Source: Octopus vulgaris
Taxonomy: Eukaryota
Reading direction: 5' to 3'
Assembly (NCBI GenBank): GCA_951406725.2
Contig: OX597842.1
Location: 23,870,001-23,934,000, forward strand
DNA: 64,000 bases
The translations under genes were made by a program, and so were the position numbers. The notes beneath the pieces were generated by a model. It worked only from the letters and a program-made list of their open reading frames with translations. It made no database searches and was not told the DNA's origin. Positions 1-14,502 of the stretch are shown here, one piece after another; position 1 is the stretch's first letter, and each line of letters opens with the position of its first letter.

Positions 1-183
1 TAAAATATGAAGCAATTTTGACAAGTTACCTGACAAAAAACACACCTGCAACGTGGAACGTACCACAACTGTTCGTACAGCATCTCACCTGCGAGGCACA
101 GATGCACGATGGGTTGAAACAATCATAGTGAATACTAGTCTTGGAAATTCTATTTTCTTTCTCTTTCTCTCATTTTTTAAACT

Positions 184-635
184 CTACTGACAGGACTGAC
201 TCTTGTGGACTGACTCCTGTGCAGGTGGCAAGTGAAGAAACACCATTTCGACCCTGTGCTTGAGGAGATCCATTGAGTCAAGGACACCAACATCAAATTC
301 AATGGAAACTGCAGTTGTGATCCCTGAGCCGGGAGCACGGAAAAGCACCATCTGAATGTGGCCGATGCCAGTGCCGCCTAGACTGGCTTCCGTGCAGGTG
401 GCATGTAAAAAGCACCAATCCGATCGTGGCCGTTGCCAGCCTCGCCTGGCACCTGTGCAGGTGGCACGTAAAAAGCACCCACTAAACTCAGTGTGGTTGG
501 CGTTAGGAAGGGCATCCAGCTGTAGAAACACTGCCAGATAAGACTGGAGCCTGGTGCAGCCTTCTGGCTTCCCAGATCCCCGGTCAAACCATCCAACCCA
601 TGCTAGCACGGAGAACGGACGTTAAACGATGATGA
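184..635 (+). mobile_element. Retroposon (SINE/RTE-type) 3' portion ending in (GAT)n; mirror at ~30660-31110
   Basis: Ends acccatgctagcacggagaacggacgttaaacgatgatg. The same tail recurs at ~56040-56095, ~56260-56310 and ~42010-42065. Confidence 0.65.
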
Positions 636-854
636 AGGAAATCCTCAAGTAAATCCAGTGTCATTCAAATCCATACTGTCGATAACATCAGATAGCCAAA
701 AACAGTGAGAAGGCTTTAAACGGCATACTACAAGATGTCTATGCAAATTTAAAATTGTCACTCCGTCATCATTTAAAGTCCATTTTACACACTGGCATGG
801 GTTGGATGGTTTGAAAGGAGGTAACCAACTGAAGGGCTGTTCAGGCTCCATCTC

Positions 855-1262
855 GGATCTTTTCAGTTTCAATGGCAGATTTTCTAGTGGTGTCATATGA
901 AATTGTCACCCATAATTATGACCCTAGTATCGATCTATTGCATTTCAATCTGTTTTAGGGTTAGGGGTGGCGGGAATGGTTTCTTTTTTCTTCACAAATG
1001 TAAATAAACCCAATCTGTTTCTTAAACGAGGGACATATTCATACGGCACAGAATGTTTTCACCTCAATAGACGTCATTGATAGGTTGAAATTGCAGAAAT
1101 TGAAGAAAAAAACAACAAATATCTTACAAACTATATAATTTTCTCAATACAGCCAAGAGAAAAAGATGTTTTATAAACACATTCTACCAGTATACGAAGT
1201 TTAAATGTGTTTAGTTACGAGGAAATCATTTTAAAAAACTTCCGTTCAAACCGAAAAGATCC
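855..1262. mobile_element. MITE-like element with ~25-bp imperfect TIRs; mirror at ~30033-30440
   Basis: Left end ggatcttttcagtttcaatggcag; right end reverse complement ggatcttttcggtttgaacggaag. Internal ttagggttagggg. No clear TSD. Confidence 0.6.
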
Positions 1263-2409
1263 CAAATTTACAAACGTTTCCTGAAAATTTAAAAGGTAAA
1301 GAAGTTATGAGGGGCTAAACCAGAATTTTGCTTCGACTGGAATTCTGATCTTGCTTAGATCAACCTCTTAGTTAACCCAATATCGACAATTCACATTTAC
1401 TTTACATTAGGTGAGACCCTTCCGTATATAGATTATAACAATAATTATTTTCGTTACATTTCTCTATTTCCTTCCGTTTCTTTCTGTTAACTTACTGAAC
1501 ACATAAAAAGAATCGTTGATGTGAACAATATTGATACATTAATAACAAATCTATTATAGAGACGGATGTCCAAATGAGAACTTCAGCTACGACAGACAAT
1601 GGCAGGATATATATATAACACTTACGTATTATTTATAGACCTAATGTAGAGGAGGAAGGTGTCACAATCAATCCATCGTAGACAATAAGCAGATAATATT
1701 TAGATCCGGTAAGGACGAGGTCGCAGTATGTTCAGGTAGTGAGAACTTAAGCCAAGGTAGACAATGACAGCTTCGTAAGAAATTCTAGGTTTTATTATAG
1801 ACGTTATGTTTTTAAGATTAGCGTAATAAAGAATTCAGTAGATGATTTCTCTACATGCTTAATTAGCAATCACGTCTATCGGATTAAATCTCAGCTAATT
1901 ATCTGTGGACCGGCTGTGACCGGTAACATACACGAGGGTCAATCAACAGCAGGAATGGAAAAATATGGCGGGAGAAAAAGGGCGGGAATTGCTAGGGGAA
2001 ATAACTCTACATTTAAAGAGCTCTTTATTCACACTTAAGGTTATTTAGTTATCTAAGGTTAATTTTTCATTTAATTAATAGAAAAAGGTTGTAAAAGAAG
2101 ACTAAATTTAACTTGTTTTCCATTACACTCAAGCAAAAAATTATTTATGAATTTCTTTCTCTTTCACATTTTCTAAATATCAGTATTTTCTAAATATCAG
2201 TGGGGGATAGATTAGTAACTACCATCGACTTATGTTTTTGACTGGATCTTTATTTTATTGATTCCGAAGCTATGCAAGGTAAAATTAACATCGACCGAAT
2301 TTAAGCTCAAAACAAAATAGAAAAAAAATAATGTTTGGCCTAAATAATTGCCATTAAGTTTGGTACAATACCAATATTTCGTTTCGGTATTCAAAAAGGA
2401 ACCAATTCA

Positions 2410-2589
2410 TGTTTTATACACACCCCATATTTAAAGGTATTTTTTGGTGAGGATCGTTTCTGGTGTCTGAGAAGTTCTTTGATCCCTTTTCTGAAATTAG
2501 CGACTTTTCTGCATGAATTTCTTCTTCTGTATCAAAACTGCAGGGAAAAGGACTCCTTCGAAGATAACGATTGAGATTTAATCGTGAGT
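2410..2589 (+). promoter_or_regulatory. Candidate core promoter and non-coding first exon of ZNF copy 1 (mirror serves copy 3)
   Basis: CACACCCC followed by TATTTAAA at ~2418-2435. Splice donor GTGAGT at 2584-2589, conserved in the mirror at 28702-28707. Acceptor downstream at 3709-3710. Confidence 0.35.
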
Positions 2590-2783
2590 AAAGTAATAAT
2601 TTCGTCTTATTTTTTAGATTTAAGTTCGTTTTCTCTTTGTACAAAACCTTTTATTGTCGCAAATCTTTGGAAATTCAAAATTTGTTTAGATTTTACCCAT
2701 CGCAAATAATATTCGAAACCTGATGAAACGAGGGAAATTATGTTACTTTCATGAAATATTCTACAAATGCTGTTCAGACTGTG

Positions 2784-2990
2784 GGTACTACTAGCAAACA
2801 GTGCGCGCACTCACGCTAGCTAGTCGTAAGTAGTCGATCCTACAACGACTTTTTAACCCTAAACCTAACCCTAACCTTAGTTTGTTTATAAAAATAGCAT
2901 ATTTACTTAGTTTAAATTATTGTAGGATCGACTACTTACGACTAGCTTGCGCGAGTGCGCGCACCGGGACCACTGTTCGCTAGTAGTACC
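2784..2990. mobile_element. MITE with ~65-bp TIRs and a 9-bp TSD (Mutator-like); mirror at 28304-28507
   Basis: Termini GGTACTACTAGC and GCTAGTAGTACC. Direct repeat cagactgtg at 2775-2783 and 2991-2999. Confidence 0.85.
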
Positions 2991-3919
2991 CAGACTGTGT
3001 ATATTACGATTATATTGGAATTTAATATGATGAAATACATTTGCTGGGTTCCTACCCACACATAACTGACACACGTCACATTGTATGGGTGGTGGAGCAT
3101 TTGTTAATTAGGTATTGCACATAATTAATTTAGCATTATTATTATTAGTTTCCGAGTTCAAATTCCGCCGAGGTCCACTTTATATTTTCCAAATAAAATA
3201 TAAATGAACGGTTGTGATTTCTAACCTTTTTTTCGCCTGGGGTACTCTGTGACGAACTTTGGGACTGCAGCATGGCAGTTTGTGAAGAAGCAGCAGAAGA
3301 ACTCAGCTGAACCAACAATGCTTCTTATATTGATGCTGGGCAGAGGGAACCTTGTAGTTCAGGGGTCAGGATCACCAGGCTTATGAAGAGAGTAACTGCA
3401 ACGTATCCATGGTTGTGTAATCAGCTAAAGAAAGATTCACAATGTCTCAAGCATTCAAATTCAAATTCACGTTAATGGAATTGGATGGTGACAGGGAATC
3501 TTGGGAATTCAAGAAAGGAGTGAAATGAAGGAAGAAAATGGGTGTCCTTATTAGATTTGTGTGTTGGGAATCAAAATTCTTACCACACAACCATCTCTGC
3601 ACCTCTATGGACATGTCTATATAAAAATGTAGTAAAACTTTCACTGTTTTAATCTCTCTAATTCCTAATTATCTTGTATGTTTTACACTGTTGTTTCTCT
3701 TTCGTTTCAGATTATCAGATGACCTCAGCATCACAGGATTTTTATATAAACTACATCATTAGTATTGAACGTCTTACTCATAACACGTATAACCCTGTTT
3801 CTATAAATATATACTGAATTACTGCAAAATATATCTTCTAAACTCTGACATATATGTAGCAAAATTTCTCTTCTTTATTGTCTGGAATACACAGAAAATT
3901 ATATTTGTATTTGAATTAA

Positions 3920-4138
3920 TCCTTCACCATTTCATCTGTGCATATCAGTCCCACACGTTTAAGCTATTTTATGTTAAAACTGCCCACATCTGTCCTCTTA
4001 CACTCACCCTGCAATGTCATATAAACATAAAGAATCACATCGTTGAAATCTTAAAGCAATAAGATAATGAATGATTAATTCAGTAGAATTTGAATAAATA
4101 ATCATTACATTTGACAGAGTAATCTGAATGTTAATGAG
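3920..4138. mobile_element. Decayed TTAA-flanked (piggyBac-like) MITE in the 5' UTR part of the ZNF coding exon; also at 15391-15609, ~27155-27373 and ~31780-31995
   Basis: TTAA at 3916-3919 and 4139-4142. Internal sequence aligns by eye with the cleaner copy at 47871-48091. Confidence 0.7.
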
Positions 4139-4286
4139 TTAAAGCAATTGAGAAGACAGTTTGCAGCATCTTCAGATATTACCAAAGATCACTTTTGATG
4201 GAGATATATCAGTAGAAATATTTGTTAAGAGCAATATACGAGAAGAAGGAAAACATTTGTGTACTGTGACGAGAGAAAGGAAAATT

Positions 4287-5144
<858 letters not shown>

Positions 5145-6074
5145 TACCTGTGGTAAATCATTTTCCAAAAACAGCACTTTGTCTAGTCTCAAACGTTTTC
5201 ATACATGAGAGAAGCCATATCATTGAAACATGTGGCAAATCATTTGCTTATAGAAGCAGCGTAACTACTTCCTTAAACCTTCATGAGAGACAAACCATAC
5301 CAGTCATCTGTCATCATTGTTCTCCATATCCACATTTGCCAATCTCTCATTGGTGAGATGATATTTATTGAGGTGAATTTTCACTGTCCAGATGCCCTTC
5401 CTGTTGCCAACCTTCACCTGTTTCAAACTAAAATATTTCCCCGTGACCTGACATGTTTTTGTGTCAGATTGGCGATGGACATTGCTTGCGTGGCAGTGAC
5501 ACCCACAACTATCACATAGTCTCAAGGCAAGGATATAATAACACACACACACACACATTCATAAGCCTCTCACACTTCTATGAAACATCTCCCTCTATCC
5601 TCTGTACCACTAATATTCCCCCACCACCACTACCTGTGTATGTCCTCATACATCTCCAACACCATCCATTTCTCTCTATATATCTATCATTCTCTCCTTT
5701 CTTTTCCTACTGGAATCGTCAGGTTTCTCCTCTATAGTAAGACACTCGTCTCTCTCCTGCCGTTATACATCAACCTCCCAACTGACAAAAAGCCATGCCC
5801 CTCGCTTCCACTCCCTCTGACAACCGAGTGGATCTTTATCTTGTGAGTTACTTGGTGATCCCCAATGATGCTAGTGTTACATAAAAAGCACCCAATGCAC
5901 TCATTAAATGGGTCGGCATTAGGAAGAACCTCCAGCCATGGGAACCTTGCGAATGCAGACAATGGACCCCCAGGACTTATTCTTTCTACACCTTGTACTT
6001 ATTCTATCTGTCCCTTTTACCAAACTGCTTAACACACCAGCATCGGTTGTCAAGCGATATTGGGGGACAAGCAC

Positions 6075-6470
6075 AGGCGCAGGAGTGGCTGTGTGGTAAG
6101 TAGCTTGCTAACCAACCACATGGTTCCGGGTTCAGTCCCACTGCGTGGCATCTTGGGCAGGTGTCTTCTACTATAGCCCCGGGCCGACTAATGCCTTGTG
6201 AGTGGATTTGGTAGACGGAAACTGAAAGAAGCCTGTCGTATATATGTATATATATATGTGTGTGTCTGTGTTTGTCCCCCTAGCATTGCTTGACAATCGA
6301 TGCTGGTGTGTTTACGTCCCCGTCACTTAGCAGTTCTGCAAAAGAGACCGATAGATTAAGTACTGGGCTTACACTAGAATAAGTGCCGGGATCAATTTGC
6401 TCGACTAAAGGCGGTGCTCCAGCATTGCCGCAGTCAAATGACTGAAACAAGTAAAAGAGAAAAGAGAGAG
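6075..6470 (+). mobile_element. tRNA-derived SINE family A, full length; other copies at ~17262-17635(-), 24815-25212(-), 34696-35070(+), 41197-41608(+), 42890-43310(-), 44118-44520(+), 59730-60140(+), 63050-63655(-)
   Basis: Head with A-box-like tggctgtgtggtaag and B-box-like ggttcagtccc, internal (TA/TG)n, tail gactgaaacaagtaaaagag. Many near-identical dispersed copies. Confidence 0.85.
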
Positions 6471-6729
6471 AGATATACACACACATACCAATCTACACAT
6501 AACGGCTTCATTTAGTTTCCACCCACCAAATCCACTCACAGGGCTTTGGTCGGCTCGAGGTTATTATAGAAGACACTTACCCAAGGTGTCCATGCTTGGC
6601 ATGGGTTGTACATTTTGACCAGGGCTGGAAGGCTGCATCTGATTCCTGTCTGATTTCGCATGGTTTCTACGGCTGGATGCTCTTCCTTTCACCAACCACT
6701 CTGAGAGTGTAATGGGTGCTCAACAATAG

Positions 6730-7100
6730 AATGAAGAGTTAAAGAATGCAGATGTCCGAAAGGTGGAACATTCTCGAATGTACGGGAAGGTTCGGAATTC
6801 CATTTTAAACCAGGACAGAGATTCATAATTGAGACTGATTTCACTTGTGCATCCAAAAACTTAATTTGTGCAATAACTAGTTCAGGATGTGAACACACAA
6901 AAAAAGAAGAAGCATGGATGTCCCTCAGACAGAGAACACATTTCATGAGGAATAGATTCATTTCCCAAGTTACAGACATTGTTTGTGAGTTTTAGTTTTC
7001 AAGCACAACATCCAAATTTTGAAAGTTTCTACTACCATAACAAATGCATCTGTGTCTTACCAAGAAGTTTATAAAGAGCAAAGGAATGCTTCTCAGTAAA
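6730..7100 (+). mobile_element. Penelope-like element relic: Cys linker plus GIY-YIG endonuclease region; copies at ~24200-24560(-) and ~35330-35700(+)
   Basis: Translates VKECRCPKGGTFSNVREGSEFHFKPGQRFIIETDFTCASKNLICAITSSGCEHT; the paralog continues IERARIPLKQRTTLH. Matches the PLE pattern TCxSxNLIYxIxCxxC..YIGxT..LRxR..H. Confidence 0.7.
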
Positions 7101-7896
7101 CAACTCTAGACTTGTTTCTTGTGAATCAGTGGTCACGTCTACAAATGATGGTGTCCCTGAGTCTTTTCAAAGTGATTCAGAAAACAATTATAATAATAAT
7201 ATTTTGTCTATTCTAAATAATCTTGACATTGTTTTTGACTTTACATAAAATATTCTTTACATTCTACTGTTGTTTTATTGTCATTTATTTACAAGTATTA
7301 TAAATTTTATTGGTAAAATATTTTTCTGGGAATGAATTACAATTTATAACATTGCTTCTATGGGAAATTATTGCTTTGCTTTATGAGTTTTCCCTTTAGG
7401 AGCAATCTCCAGGAAGAAATTAACTCATATATCAAGGCATTATTGTATCTGACATTATTTTGGCACAAGGCCAGCAATTTCAGGGGAAGGAGTAAGTTGA
7501 ATAACCACATGGATCAGCATGTGTGCCTTTTACAGGGACCAGCTGAGATCCCCTTCGGTCATGACTGACTATGGGATTGCACCTAGAAAGTTACCCTCCC
7601 AGGCACAAGTCCGGGCAAGGTTGTTTATGGAAGACCAGCAGTCGCCCATGCATACCGGCCTCTCCTCTCCACACCACTAGTGTTATCCAAGGGAAAGGCA
7701 AAGGGGCCGATAAAGCTTGGCACCTGTGACGTCACAACTCATTTCTACAGCTGAGTGAACTGGAGCAACATGAAATAAAGTGTCTTGCTCAAGAACACAA
7801 CACAACACAGCACAGTCCGGGATTTGAACTCAAAATCTCACAATCATAAGCTCGATCCCCTAATCACTGACACATGCGCCTTCACTGGGACCAGCA

Positions 7897-7954
<58 letters not shown>

Positions 7955-7962
7955 GGTGCTGG

Positions 7963-8250
7963 TCAATGGAGAAGTTCTTAAGAGAAAATGTTGCTAGAAG
8001 CTAGGATCACCAAACATAGATTGGCATATTTTGGTCATACTATGCGGAGAAAATCCCTGGAGAAGGACATCATGCTTGGAATGGTCAGTGGCAAGAGAGG
8101 AAGAGGCCGACCAAGAACCCGCTGGCTTGACACCATCAAGAGTGATACTGGAATGGACATAGCCAATCTGAAAGAAGTGGCCCAGGATAGAACTGACTGG
8201 AGGACACTGATCCAACGAGTGACCGAGAGTCAACTTTGACTGAGCGGATA
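7963..8250 (+). mobile_element. RTE (BovB-like) LINE 3' end; copies at 23060-23345(-) and 36535-36820(+)
   Basis: LAYFGHTMRRKSLEKDIMLGMVSGKRGRGRPRTRWLD...AQDRTDWR is the characteristic RTE ORF C-terminus. 5'-truncated and flanked by (TA)n. Confidence 0.85.
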
Positions 8251-8971
8251 TATAAATATATATGTATATGTATGTGTGTGAAGCTTTGTGCCTTCATATA
8301 TATGTGTGAAGCTATATGCCTTCACATATATATGTGAAGGTACATGGCTCAGTGGTTAGAGCATTGGGCCCACAATTGTGAGGTAGTGAGTTCAATTCTC
8401 ATGCCAGGCTGTGTATTGTGTTTTTGAGCAAAATATGTTGTTTCACTTTCATTTTCAAAGAGTACTCATTTGTTTTTTGTTTTTTTATTTTATATATTAT
8501 ATTAATTATTTTTATTCCTATGTTTTGGTTTATGTTTTTCACTGTTTGATTTGCCTAATTGTGGTTTTATCTCTAATTTAATTTATATTTATACTGTAAA
8601 ATTAGATTTAATCCTAAATCTAATTTTCCCTATGTAAGTTTGGATTTACTCCCTAACATTACTAATTATATATATATACATATATATATATTTATATATT
8701 TATATATATATATTTATATATATAATACATATATATATACATATATATACACACACATATATATACATATATATAAATACATATATATATATATATACAC
8801 ACATATATTTTGTATATATATATACATATATAGATATACATACATACGGTTAGCATGGTTGCTCTCCAAGCAGTCGATCCAGGTTCGTGATTCACATACA
8901 CCGCAGGGCTATAGTTTTTAATATAGCATGGCCACAGCTCGTGAGCTGAAACTAGATAAAATTTTTTAAAA

Positions 8972-9012
<41 letters not shown>

Positions 9013-12000
9013 TATATATAAGAATTGTTTGTGTAAGGCTGTGTAGATATTAGAACATTTATAGACCTTCTATCTATAAATGTTCTCATATCTACATAGC
9101 CTTGGTTCTTCATCTCATTACGCAAAATATTGTTATATACACACGCTGACATGTGACCATCATGTTGAAACCCCTTCGAAAATACCGAACCTGGAACTTA
9201 ACTATGGTGTCTATAGCACTTCTTCAACATTACCTGATTACCTTTGGGTCTCAATTGACACCATTACCTATTATAACCCTATATATATAAGATATATGTT
9301 TCATAAATTATGGCATGTGCACACTGTGTAATTTATATTTTCTGGATAAAAACTGTTAAAAAGAAGCTTCTATTCATGTAAAATTCACACCCAATTGTTG
9401 GCTAAAGGTTTTCAATTTAGTTGTATTTAGCATAATTTCACTTACTATGATTAGATTTTATTAAATTTTCACTAATTAAAAATAATTTCTGTTTAACAGG
9501 TATCACATTGAAAGTTATTAAATTATGAAGTGTTTGTGTTGTTTATAATAAACTTTATTTTACACTAGCACTATGACCCAGCAACACCAGGTCATAGTGC
9601 TAGTGCATGCATATATAGTTATTACCTACACACATGCGAGTAAAAATCTCGACCAATCACATGCTAGCTGACAATGGCCATTTAGAAGGCAGGAAGCAAT
9701 GGCCCAGTGGTTAAAAAAATCCAATTCTGACAACTTTTCACTTATGTCATCTGTTGACTGTAAATACATAAAAATACTATATCTCCGAGATACAGGTCAT
9801 TTAAAGTGGAGTGCTTACCACTTACACGTAAATCCATTACATTGTCCCATTATAACCGAATAATCGTCATAACGGAGTGCTTCAAATAAAGGGTTATGGT
9901 GACTTCAGTGATGTTCAAATCTCAGACTGGGCGATGTGTTTATGACGAAACACAGCTTCGGCAGAAGGTAATGGCATTCTCTCACTCTTATCCTGCAGCT
10001 AGGTCCCATCCAGAACCTATACAAGAAATGCTAGGCATGGCTCAAGCTGCCATACCTATGGCATTCAATGGCGTATATTTCAGGCATTTTATTTAGAAAG
10101 TCACAAAAACACCAAACTTTCGTGTGACAAATGTAAACATGAATATTTTAATGACTATGCGTTTAAGATTGTGGATTTAGAACAGACACTACAGAAACTG
10201 GCCATTCATATATGAGCATTAACATTCAAGTATACTATAAAACAAGTTGTATATATGAATATTTTGTAATGATGACAACTGTTTGACAATATTAGTTGAT
10301 GAATGAATAGTTTTAATTGATAGATAAAATTGTTTTGAAGGTCATGAAAAATCTTCACATATGTAACTGTGTAGATGTTTAAACACATTCAGTCCGTGTG
10401 ACATATTGCTACTATAGCCTCCATTGTATATATGAAACGTGTGTGCGAGCTCTAACTAAAAATTGTGGATTTGTAAAAAGAACACACACAGACAGACATT
10501 TTGCCGTTTATATATAGAGAGGTTCCTTGCCCTCAAGATATTATGTCCAATCTTTAGTATTTTTCTGTAGGTCTTCCCAAATCACGATCATAGGAAAAGT
10601 TGTTGCCAGTTCTATCAACAAAAGCAAAGCTGATAAATATGCACAGGTGTTGCAAATTAAGTTTAATTACCAATAAACATCAGCTTGGATGACACTTAAT
10701 CAAATGACAGAGGAAGGTGTCCAATCAAACTGATTATGTAAACAGAATTCTGATTGGTCGAAAGTGTCTTCTTGTCTCAAGCTCTGATTTTCTGCCTATT
10801 CTTGTCGGAACCTTTGATATGTAGTATCGTAAATTTTAATCCCTTTCACACTTCTAAAATGTCAAACAAACTTTAAAATTTGTCACAACTGTTTTAGAGG
10901 TGACGAAACTGATAGTTTGGTAACCTGCTGAAATAAACAATAAAAATCAAAAAGAGAAAATAAACAGCTTTTGTGCAAGTTTAACTCAGTGTTTATTGAA
11001 CAAGAGAGGTGGGAAATTTAAGAAGTGACTTGTTAGAATATACCCGTCTGTGAGGAGACATGAACAAGGATAGCAAAGATCTACAATACCAAAAGAACTG
11101 GTAATACATACATTACAAGTGTTCTGTGAAGAGAACATAAGACTGCTGCATAATTCAACATGAATGTGAAACGAGATTAAACATCGTATAAGTAAATGAA
11201 GGTTTCTGTAGGAATGCTACGTCATATTTACTTAGGGAGTATATGGATGTATTATGATACATCGGCGGTGTTAGATACAGGAAAATATGGCCTGGTGATA
11301 CCAGACAAGTGAAACTTCATAGTCGTTAACGGCGTTAGTAAATTTATAAAGTAAAAATAAAAGCTTATACCGTCAGATATGGAAAGTCGACCAAATGTCT
11401 AGATGTGATAAGTTCGTTCACCAATGTCTCAATTGATGAAGCACTATCAGTGGTCCAAGAATAGTCAGATACCCATCTAAAGAAGGCATTAGTATACCAA
11501 TAAGTGAACTTATTGAAATGTTGATTCTGTGCAGCAAATTTACTTCAGAATGCATAAATAGCTATCAGTAAAATATGGTCCAGACTGTGATTACTAGCAC
11601 AAACATGAAACTTCAGAAAGTAGTTAACCATTTAATGGTTTTAGTAAATTTATACAGAAGAAATAGTTATTATGCAAGCACAAAGTAAAGTTCTGTAGGA
11701 TATTTGTATCTTTGGACAAATTTTTAATTGTTGTACCACATTGAAGATTAGATTTAATTTGTCTCCATATGGAATAATTACAAATAGTTTTACAGTTACA
11801 TCTTATTTTAAGTGTAATTAATTTTAAAAGAGTATAAATGTGGCCTTTGTGAATGATGTTGGGTTATCTTCATCCTGTTATAGTACTGATGTTTTAAAAT
11901 GACCTTGACACATTTGTAAAACGCAAAATAAGAAATTAATGAAAAGAAAGTTTTTATTGTCTAAATGTACACATAATGCCAATTTCCTTAAGTTTTAAAA

Positions 12001-13659
12001 ATTAAATCAGAAACTGCCTCATCATTAACACATTTTGAGACGTCTGAATTTTTAAATTAACGAAATAAATATATGTGCATTTCTTGAAAATAAAACCATT
12101 ATTTCTTGTGTTTTTATTAACCATAAATGTGTCAGATCTGGGTCTGTCTATAGATATACTGTATATATGTTATAAATATATAATACTGTTTTTATATAGA
12201 TAATATGTATATGATATATTGTATATGTAAGATATGTATGAATGTATATGTATGTATAAAGATGTAATTATGTATCAGGATATGTATGTATATGTGAAGA
12301 TGTATATGTATATATAAAATGTATAATATATTAAAATATGATAAATCTATTATAATATGATATATATGAAGAAATATATGTAATATGTATATATATGTAT
12401 AAATGTGTATAATATGTGTATGAATATTATGTGTATATATGTGATATAATAAATATAAAATTAAAGATATATATGTATATATATATGTATAAATAGAAAA
12501 TGTTTTATATGTACAAAAATTTATACTCAAAATAGAAAATGGAGAAACATACTTTAAATCAATCAAACATTACAACAGATGATACCCATGAAGCTTTATT
12601 CCTATTACATAACTAGTAAAATTATACAAAATATATTAAAATTTTAGACAAGGAAAAGAAATATAAAATATAAAAAAATATGTAATTATATTTATATTCT
12701 ATTTCCTTGTCAATTATTTTACAATATATTTCTGTATAATGCTTTACTGTTATGTAGGTGAATAAAGTATTGATTTTATCTGAGTTTGATTGATTAAGTA
12801 TGTTTCTCATTTTCTAATTCTGTAGAATTGTTTCAGAATTCTTACCCTGCCCAAATATACAGTAGATGAATTAACAGATGGCAATTTTTTAACATTTATG
12901 TATTCTTTGTTGAAACCCCTGGCAGTATTGGATATAAAATCCTAGTTGAATAAATATTATATACATATATAGATATGGTTGTTGTACAAACAACCCATGG
13001 TTCTGTCTTATTGCAGAATAATTCTTCTATATTGCACCAAATGTTTGTGAATGTTAGGAATAAAGAAGCTGTCATATATATGTACATATATATATGCGTT
13101 TTTTTTAGCGTATGGGTCAGATGTCCCTGTTACTTGACAACAAGAGACCACAGATAAATGATTAGTTCGGCTGTCCTGGGCGGTTGCTGATTAAAGGCAC
13201 GCTCCAGCATGGTCGCAGCCAAATGACTGAAACAAGTAAAGAACAAAGAGTATATAGACAGAATGATGTATGAGGACACACAAAAGGTTTGGTACATTGT
13301 ACAGAGGATAGAGGATGTAGAAGTGTGTGAGGGGCTTATAGTGTGTAAGAAGTGCGTTAATATCCTTGCCTTGAGACGTGTGATAGTTGTTTACTGCCAT
13401 GCAAGCAATGATCGCCAACCTGCCACAAAAACATGTCAGGTAGTATTGAAACAGGTGAAGGTTCATGCTCAATTCAATAAATATCATCTACCAATGAGAG
13501 ATTGGCAAATGTGGATAATGGAGAACAATGATGACAGATGACTGGTATGGTTTCTCCTCATGTTTAAGGAGTAGTTACGCTGCTTCTAGAAATGAGCCAC
13601 ATGTTATCACAATGATATGGCTTCTCATGTATGAACATAGACTAGATAAAGGCTGTTTT

Positions 13660-14502
<843 letters not shown>

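Noticed and set aside
2716-2750. CTGATGA...GAAA as a hammerhead
   Set aside because: No stem II or stem III pairing.
2853-2880. TAACCC/TTAGGG repeats (also ~955-967) as a telomere
   Set aside because: Only 2-4 imperfect units, internal to MITEs.
4161-4286. 42-aa N-terminal extension MQHLQIL... on the ZNF ORFs
   Set aside because: Begins at TTG. The first in-frame ATG (attATGG) is the likely eukaryotic start, although the frame is open in all four copies.
5150-5962. Conserved short ORFs downstream of each ZNF (MVNHFPK..., MRDKPYQ...)
   Set aside because: Conservation reflects recent duplication of 3' UTR, fossil fingers and repeat fragments; lengths and frames differ between copies.
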